From contig OY843751.1 in the NCBI GenBank assembly GCA_963693055.1, forward strand, positions 256,001 through 320,000: DNA of 64,000 bases, read 5' to 3'. Position 1 is the stretch's first letter. Each line of letters begins with the position of its first letter. Positions 57,201-64,000 of this stretch are shown one piece after another. This DNA is from a bacterium. GTDB taxonomy: Bacteria > Zhuqueibacterota > Zhuqueibacteria > Residuimicrobiales > Krinioviventaceae. Both the position numbers and the translations under genes were made by a program. The notes beneath the pieces were generated by a model. The model was not told where the DNA came from. It was given only the letters and a program-made list of their open reading frames with translations, and searched no databases.

Positions 57201-58760
57201 ATGCTAGTGGAACTCTTGAATGCGCATCTGATCAGGCATGAAAAAGAACTCGATGCACTGTATGCGGTTGCCAATATTCTTGCAACCGAGACATCGCAGC
57301 GCAAGATTTTTAGGAATATTTTACAAACGCTTGAAGCAGACTTGTATATGATACGCGGAACAATTATGCTGTTAACCATTGATGGTAAAGAGCTGATTGT
57401 TGAAGCAACAGGTGGGGACCTGGATGTTGAGCAGCCCAGAATTATCTATAAAAAGGGGGAAGGTATTACCGGCAAGGTTGTAGAAGCTGGTAAATCTGCT
57501 ATAGTACCCAATATTGCTGAAGAACCGGATTTTAAGGACCGTATTCACAGGCGGTTTGACGGACAGGTGAGAAATGTTAGCTTTGTTTGTGTGCCTATCA
57601 TGCTGGTAAATAAAGTTGTAGGAACACTGTCAGTCGATCTGGAAAGTACAGACGATGAAATACTGCGTGACGGTGAGCGGGTATTGCGGATTGTTGCAGG
57701 CATGATAGCAAACGATGTAAAATCGCGGCGTATTATGCGACAGGAAAAAGAAGCCCTGGAGGCCGAAAATATCCGGTTACGGCACGAGCTTGAGCAGCGC
57801 TACCGTCCTGAAAATATAATAGGCAATTCACACGCCATGAAGGGTGTGTATACCCGCATCTACCAGGTGTCGGGCAGTGAAACCACCACAGTATTGATTC
57901 GTGGCGAATCGGGTACAGGTAAAGAGCTGGTTGCATCTGCTATTCACTATGCCGGATCGCGGTTTAACCGGCCGTTTGTCAAAGTGAATTGTGCCGCGTT
58001 AAATGAAAATGTGCTGGAAAGTGAATTGTTTGGTCATGAAAAAGGTGCATTTACCGGGGCCTTGTATTCAAGAAAGGGGCGGATTGAAGAAGCCGAGGGT
58101 GGAACGCTGTTTTTAGATGAAATAGGCGACTTTCCTCCATCTATTCAGACAAAGCTGCTGCGGGTTTTGCAAGAGCGAGAATTTGAGCGTGTGGGTAGTA
58201 ATAAAACCATAAAAGCAAATGTTCGAATTATTGCTGCAACCAACAGAGATCTTGAAAAGGCCCTCAAAGAAGCCACATTTCGTGAAGATCTCTATTATCG
58301 CATCAATGTTTTTCCTATTTTTCTGCCGCCATTGCGGGAGAGACGGTCCGATATTCTGCTACTTGCGGACTATTTTGTGGAAAAATACGCAAAAAAATTA
58401 AGCAAAAAAGTACATCGAATTAGCACACCTGCGATAAATATGCTGTTGGCTTATCATTGGCCGGGGAACGTGCGTGAACTTGAGAACTGTATTGAACATG
58501 CGGTGTTGTTGAGTAGTGACAGCGCCATACATGGATATAACCTGCCGCCTACATTGCAGGTGCCTGAAGAGCTGGATGTTGTTAATGGCAGTAATGACAA
58601 GGGGACTTTGAAGGCACGCATCCAATTGATTGAAAAAGACATTATTGTAGATGCTTTAAAACGATCCCACGGAAATGTAGCTTCTGCGGCACGTGAATTG
58701 GGTTATACTCCCCGAATGGTAAGATATAAAATAAAAAATTTGGGAATTTTAATAGATTAA
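57201..58760 (+). CDS. nifA: NifA-like sigma-54 activator (GAF, AAA+, Fis-HTH)
   Basis: GAF domain, 'GESGTGKE', 'GAFTGA', 'LDEIGD', 'WPGNVREL', C-terminal HTH; directly upstream of nifH. Confidence 0.85.
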   Translation: MLVELLNAHLIRHEKELDALYAVANILATETSQRKIFRNILQTLEADLYMIRGTIMLLTIDGKELIVEATGGDLDVEQPRIIYKKGEGITGKVVEAGKSAIVPNIAEEPDFKDRIHRRFDGQVRNVSFVCVPIMLVNKVVGTLSVDLESTDDEILRDGERVLRIVAGMIANDVKSRRIMRQEKEALEAENIRLRHELEQRYRPENIIGNSHAMKGVYTRIYQVSGSETTTVLIRGESGTGKELVASAIHYAGSRFNRPFVKVNCAALNENVLESELFGHEKGAFTGALYSRKGRIEEAEGGTLFLDEIGDFPPSIQTKLLRVLQEREFERVGSNKTIKANVRIIAATNRDLEKALKEATFREDLYYRINVFPIFLPPLRERRSDILLLADYFVEKYAKKLSKKVHRISTPAINMLLAYHWPGNVRELENCIEHAVLLSSDSAIHGYNLPPTLQVPEELDVVNGSNDKGTLKARIQLIEKDIIVDALKRSHGNVASAARELGYTPRMVRYKIKNLGILID

Positions 58761-58782
58761 GATACTAAGATTTTCAACAAAC

Positions 58783-58826
58783 TGACAATTATTTCCGTTT
58801 TGCTAAATAGGCGGAAATAATTGTCA
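58783..58826. promoter_or_regulatory. Perfect 15-bp inverted repeat between nifA and nifH (enhancer pair or terminator)
   Basis: TGACAATTATTTCCG-N14-CGGAAATAATTGTCA; a third copy of ACAATTATTTCC lies at 58906-58917. Confidence 0.55.
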
Positions 58827-59014
58827 CATCACCTAAACCTCTGTTTTTTTGATGGCTTGATCCAAAATATCAGATTTCTCATCATAAACACCTCTGACTA
58901 ACGTTACAATTATTTCCCTTTTCATTTTGAGATGTTTTACAAATGATAGATTTTTTCTGTGCAAACGCTTTAAAATCAATTGGTTGTGCGTGTCGATTTT
59001 TAGGTGTTTATCTG

Positions 59015-59030
59015 TGGCACAACCGTTGCC
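59015..59030 (+). promoter_or_regulatory. Sigma-54 (-24/-12) promoter of the nifH operon
   Basis: TGGCACAACCGTTGCC matches TGGCAC-N5-TTGC. Confidence 0.88.
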
Positions 59031-59051
59031 TGTAACTGGGTAAGCAATTAA

Positions 59052-59918
<867 letters not shown>

Positions 59919-59942
59919 GAGTTTTTGACAAGGAGTGATACT

Positions 59943-60269
59943 ATGATAATGATAAGGGCGATTGTAAGGCCTGATAAAGTAGATGCCGTTTTACAGGGTT
60001 TGACCGACGCGGGGTATCCCGCGGTTACCAAGCTGCCGGTTGCCGGACGTGGAAAGCAAAAAGGCCTAAAGGTGGGCGAAGTGATTTATGATGAACTGCC
60101 CAAAGAAATGTTGATTATGGTAATACCCGAAACAGAAAAAGATTTTTTAGTAAAGACCATCATGGACCATGCAAAAACCGGAAAATCGGGTGCTTATGGA
60201 GACGGTAAAATCTTTATTTCACCGGTTGATGAAGTGTACACGATCAGTTCAGGATTTAAAGAAGCGTGA
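59943..60269 (+). CDS. nifI1: P-II family nitrogenase regulator NifI1
   Basis: 'IRAIVRP...GRGKQKG...YDELPK...GDGKIFISPV'; lies between nifH and nifD. Confidence 0.88.
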   Translation: MIMIRAIVRPDKVDAVLQGLTDAGYPAVTKLPVAGRGKQKGLKVGEVIYDELPKEMLIMVIPETEKDFLVKTIMDHAKTGKSGAYGDGKIFISPVDEVYTISSGFKEA

Positions 60270-60279
60270 GGGATAACAA

Positions 60280-60657
60280 ATGAAAGAAGTGATGGCAATT
60301 ATACGAATTAATAAAATCAACCAGACCAAACGCGCACTGGCTGACGCCGGAGTGCCTTCCTTTACGGCAACCGGCAAAGTATTGGGACGTGGTAAAGGTT
60401 TGGTAGATTACCGCATTCTTCATGCAGTTGAAGAAGGCCGAGATGAAGCAATCTCTTTATTAGGACAGGGACCCCTTTTGGTCTCCAAGCGGTTGTTGTC
60501 GATTGTGGTGCCCGATGATAAAGTTAAAGTGACAGTGGATACGATTATTAAAGCCAACCAGACAGGTAATGCCGGAGATGGAAAAATATTTGTGCTGCCG
60601 GTTATGGATTCTGTTCGGGTCCGTACCGGTCAGTCCGGCGATGCAGTGTTGGATTAA
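60280..60657 (+). CDS. nifI2: P-II family nitrogenase regulator NifI2
   Basis: 'MKEVMAIIR...GRGKG...GDGKIFVLPV...VRVRTG'. Confidence 0.88.
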   Translation: MKEVMAIIRINKINQTKRALADAGVPSFTATGKVLGRGKGLVDYRILHAVEEGRDEAISLLGQGPLLVSKRLLSIVVPDDKVKVTVDTIIKANQTGNAGDGKIFVLPVMDSVRVRTGQSGDAVLD

Positions 60658-60670
60658 TATAAAGGAGTTC

Positions 60671-62302
60671 ATGATGAAAAAGACATTACCTGCGCCGGAA
60701 GCGTTTAAGGAAAAAGTCCTTAAAAAATATCCAACCAAAGTTGCAAAAAAACGAAGCAAGGCCATGGTGGTCAACGAGCAGGAGCCCGGTCAGGAAATAC
60801 AGGCCAATGTGCGGACCATTCCCGGAATTATTACCCAGCGCGGATGTACCTATGCGGGTTGTAAGGGCGTGGTACTGGGGCCCACACGTGATATTGTAAA
60901 TATAACCCATGGCCCCATTGGTTGTGGATTTTACAGTTGGTTGACCCGACGCAACCAGACCAAACCAGATGGTCCGGAAGATGAAAATTATATGACCTAT
61001 TGTTTTTCAACAGACATGCAGGATGAAAATATTGTATTTGGTGGTGAGAATAAATTAAAGCAAGCAATTCAGGAAGCTTATGACCTGTTTCATCCCAAAG
61101 CCATTGGTATTTTCGCAACTTGTCCTGTGGGTTTGATAGGTGATGATATACACGCAGTTGCCAAAGAGATGAAAGAAAAATTTGGAGATTGTAATGTTTT
61201 TGGTTTTAGCTGTGAAGGATACAAGGGTGTTTCGCAAAGTGCGGGTCACCATATTGCCAATAACCAATTGTTCAAGCATCTGGTAGGCCTGGATGATGAG
61301 ATTAAAGGCGAAAAAAAGTTCAGAGTCAATTTACTGGGTGAATACAATATTGGCGGTGATGCCTTTGTAATTGAACGTTTATTTGAAGAATGTGGAATTG
61401 AACTGGTTGCAACCCTGAGTGGAAACTCTACAGTGAACCAGTTTGAAAACGCGCATACGGTAGATCTGAACATGATCATGTGTCACCGCTCTATCAATTA
61501 TGTAGCTGAAATGATGGAAAAAAAATACGGAATTCCCTGGATCAAGATCAATTTCATTGGTGCCGAGGAAACGGCAAAATCGCTTAGAAAAATTGCAGAT
61601 TTCTTTGAAGATGAAGAATTAAAAGCACGTGTTGAAACTATCATTGAACGGGAAATGGCAGCAGTTAAAAAAGCGCAGGAAGAGATAACACCCAAAACCG
61701 AAGGCAAGCTGGCCATGTTGTTTGTGGGTGGTTCACGCGCGCATCATTATCAGCATCTGTTCAGTGAAATAGGTATGAGAACCATAGCCGCGGGATACGA
61801 ATTTGCACACCGAGATGATTATGAAGGCCGCAGGGTTTTACCCAATATAAAAGTAGATGCCGACAGTCGTAATATTGAAGAATTGACGGTTTCAGCGGAC
61901 CCGGAAAAATTCAATCCGCGTGTGAATGAAACCAAAAAAGACCGTCTGGAGAAGAAGGGACTCGTCTTTGCGGATTATGAAGGCATGATGTTCGAAATGG
62001 ACAAGCAATCTTTGGTTATTGACGATATCAGCCATTATGAGATGGAGAAACTCATTGAATATTATAATCCTGCTGTTTTTTGTGCGGGTATTAAAGAAAA
62101 ATATGCAGTGCAAAAGATGGGTGTGCCACTGAAACAGTTGCACAGTTATGATTACGGCGGTCCTTATGCTGCATTTAGCGGTGCTATCAACTTTTATCAT
62201 GAAATTGACCGGATGGTGAATTCACGTATCTGGAGTTTGATTACACCACCCTGGCAAAAAGGCCCGAAAATAAACGCGCAATTTGCCAGAGCCGCAAGCT
62301 GA
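60671..62302 (+). CDS. nifD: Nitrogenase MoFe protein alpha chain (group II)
   Basis: P-cluster Cys in 'RGCTYAGC', 'GPIGC' and 'TCP'. 'GVSQSAGHH'. FeMo-co ligands in 'MCHRS' and 'LHSYDY'. Long insertion typical of group II. Confidence 0.97.
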   Translation: MMKKTLPAPEAFKEKVLKKYPTKVAKKRSKAMVVNEQEPGQEIQANVRTIPGIITQRGCTYAGCKGVVLGPTRDIVNITHGPIGCGFYSWLTRRNQTKPDGPEDENYMTYCFSTDMQDENIVFGGENKLKQAIQEAYDLFHPKAIGIFATCPVGLIGDDIHAVAKEMKEKFGDCNVFGFSCEGYKGVSQSAGHHIANNQLFKHLVGLDDEIKGEKKFRVNLLGEYNIGGDAFVIERLFEECGIELVATLSGNSTVNQFENAHTVDLNMIMCHRSINYVAEMMEKKYGIPWIKINFIGAEETAKSLRKIADFFEDEELKARVETIIEREMAAVKKAQEEITPKTEGKLAMLFVGGSRAHHYQHLFSEIGMRTIAAGYEFAHRDDYEGRRVLPNIKVDADSRNIEELTVSADPEKFNPRVNETKKDRLEKKGLVFADYEGMMFEMDKQSLVIDDISHYEMEKLIEYYNPAVFCAGIKEKYAVQKMGVPLKQLHSYDYGGPYAAFSGAINFYHEIDRMVNSRIWSLITPPWQKGPKINAQFARAAS

Positions 62303-62344
62303 TAGAGAATATAGAGTGATAAATATAGATTGACGAGGATAACC

Positions 62345-63724
62345 ATGTTGTTACGACATACACCAAAGGAAATTACAGAGCGTAAAGCTTTGACAATAAA
62401 TCCGGCAAAAACCTGTCAGCCGGTCGGCGCCATGTATGCTGCGCTGGGCATTCACAAGTGTATGCCCCATAGTCATGGATCTCAGGGATGCTGCGCGTAT
62501 CATCGCAGTGCGTTGACCCGGCATTACAAGGAACCGGTTATGGCCGCTACCAGCTCCTTTACGGAAGGCTCTTCCGTTTTTGGCGGACAAGCGAACCTGG
62601 TACAAGCCATTGATAATATATTTACAATTTATGAACCTGACATTATCGCTGTTCATACCACCTGTTTATCAGAAACCATTGGTGATGATGTACAGCAGAT
62701 ATCGAAAAAAGCCATGGATGATGGCAAAGTACCGGAAGGAAAATTTGTAATCCATGCCAGTACACCGAGTTATGTGGGCTCGCATGTAACCGGTTATGCC
62801 AACATGACCAAAAGCATGGTAGATTATTTTTCTGAAAACGGCCAGCATTTTGACCAGATCAATATTGTGGCCGGTTGGATGGAGCCCAGTGATATGCGCG
62901 AGATCAAAAGGATTGCCAAAGACATGGGAGTGAAAATTGTCATGTTTCCGGATACATCGAACGTGATGGATGCCCCCATGACCGGTAAGCACGAGTTTTA
63001 TCCGCGCGGCGGGGTTACCATCCCCGAATTGAAAAGCACGGGCTGCAGCAAGCATACGCTGGCTTTGGGTTATTTTTCATCCGAGTCTGCTGCAAGATCA
63101 TTACGTAACAAATGCTCGGTACCCTTTGACGTGCTTGATCTGCCAATTGGTATTTCCGCAACAGACCGTTTTGTTGAAGCCATGAGCCTGACTGCCGAAG
63201 TTGACGTTCCTGAAGAAATGGCTGACGAGCGCGGTCGGCTGGTAGATATAATCTCGGATATGCACCAATACCTGTATGGCAAAAAGGTGGCGCTGTTTGG
63301 TGATCCTGATCATCTGATACCCTTGACCGAGTTTCTGCTCGATCTGGATATGCAGCCGGTCCACATTGTCAGTGGTACTCCCGGCAAGTATTTCGCCAAC
63401 CGTATGAACGAGTTGCTGGAAGACCGGGTAGATCATTATAATCTGTTGAATGGTAAAGGTGCCGATATGTTTTTGCTGCACCAGTGGATCAAGAACGAAC
63501 CGGTTGATCTGTTGATTGGCAATACCTATGGCAAGTACATCGCACACGATGAAGATATCCCCTTTATGCGGTATGGGTTCCCTATTCTTGATCGGGTTGG
63601 GCACAGTTATTTACCGAATGTAGGTTATGCCGGTGCTACCCAGTTTTTAATCAAGATGTTGGGTGTGCTAATGGACCGTCAGGACCGTGAGGCTACCGAA
63701 GTTGACATTGAACTGGTAATGTAG
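62345..63724 (+). CDS. nifK: Nitrogenase MoFe protein beta chain
   Basis: 'INPAKTCQPVGA', 'HGSQGCC', 'TTCLSETIGDD', 'TPSYVGSH', 'GFPILDR'. Confidence 0.97.
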   Translation: MLLRHTPKEITERKALTINPAKTCQPVGAMYAALGIHKCMPHSHGSQGCCAYHRSALTRHYKEPVMAATSSFTEGSSVFGGQANLVQAIDNIFTIYEPDIIAVHTTCLSETIGDDVQQISKKAMDDGKVPEGKFVIHASTPSYVGSHVTGYANMTKSMVDYFSENGQHFDQINIVAGWMEPSDMREIKRIAKDMGVKIVMFPDTSNVMDAPMTGKHEFYPRGGVTIPELKSTGCSKHTLALGYFSSESAARSLRNKCSVPFDVLDLPIGISATDRFVEAMSLTAEVDVPEEMADERGRLVDIISDMHQYLYGKKVALFGDPDHLIPLTEFLLDLDMQPVHIVSGTPGKYFANRMNELLEDRVDHYNLLNGKGADMFLLHQWIKNEPVDLLIGNTYGKYIAHDEDIPFMRYGFPILDRVGHSYLPNVGYAGATQFLIKMLGVLMDRQDREATEVDIELVM

Positions 63725-63749
63725 GTGATTCTAAAACGCTGGAGAGAAA

Positions 63750-64000
63750 ATGCAAAAACCTGAATATCATATATTTGTTTGTAACAGCTTTCGTATCAGC
63801 GGTGAACCGCAGGGTATTTGTAATAAAAAAGACGCGGCAAGTCTGCTGCAATTTATAGAGAATGAAATCCTGGATAGAGGTCTTGATGCCATGGTATCGA
63901 GCACGGGCTGTTTAAAAGTCTGTGAAAAAGGCCCAATCATGATTGTGTATCCTCAGGGCTGGTGGTATGGCGGCATAGATGAGGATAAAGTAGATGAAAT
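63750..64000 (+). CDS. Thioredoxin-like [2Fe-2S] ferredoxin, nif-associated; 3'-partial and absent from the ORF track
   Basis: Manual translation MQKPEYHIFVCNSFR...GICNKK...STGCLKVCEKGPIMIVYPQGWWY after a GGAG RBS. Confidence 0.88.
   Translation, partial: MQKPEYHIFVCNSFRISGEPQGICNKKDAASLLQFIENEILDRGLDAMVSSTGCLKVCEKGPIMIVYPQGWWYGGIDEDKVDE

Noticed and set aside
60569-60670. Extended ORF-track N-termini (nifD from 60569; also 14901, 42351, 59076, 62330)
   Set aside because: Downstream starts fit better on RBS, signal peptide or family N-terminus, and for 60569 and 14901 they avoid overlap with the neighbouring gene.
60671-63724. Alternative (V or Fe-only) nitrogenase
   Set aside because: There is no vnfG/anfG between D and K, and the motifs and insertion fit group II Mo-nitrogenase.

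Overview
This is a 64 kb bacterial window, most likely from a polysaccharide-degrading FCB-group or related anaerobe (KSB1/Calditrichota/Ignavibacteria-like). The lineage is inferred from the 'QNYPNPFN' C-terminal sorting domains, a hybrid two-component system and a SusD-less TonB locus. The backbone holds many carbohydrate-active and uncharacterised secreted proteins, HU, small redox and housekeeping genes, and an HTCS-TBDR-PL6 utilisation locus. It ends in the start of a group II (cluster III) Mo-nitrogenase cluster (nifA-nifH-nifI1-nifI2-nifD-nifK-2Fe2S ferredoxin) with two sigma-54 promoters. Two AT-rich accessory islands stand out. The first is a DUF4297-like nuclease plus HerA ATPase defence pair (1353-4326). 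The second is a cassette (about 18460-22530) of Xre-ImmA/IrrE peptidase, an IS256 inserted into its last codons (9-bp target duplication), a DUF4411-type PIN nuclease and a HEPN protein, bracketed by directly repeated mosaics of palindromic repeats. The best candidate for something undescribed is a tRNA-shaped RNA that overlaps the HEPN stop codon (22417-22528). It keeps D and T loops and has a perfect 14-bp closing helix, but lacks an encoded CCA and has a long AT-rich hairpin in place of the anticodon loop. It is a candidate tRNA-mimic antitoxin or decoy for the HEPN RNase. All calls come from motif reading only; no database searches were run.
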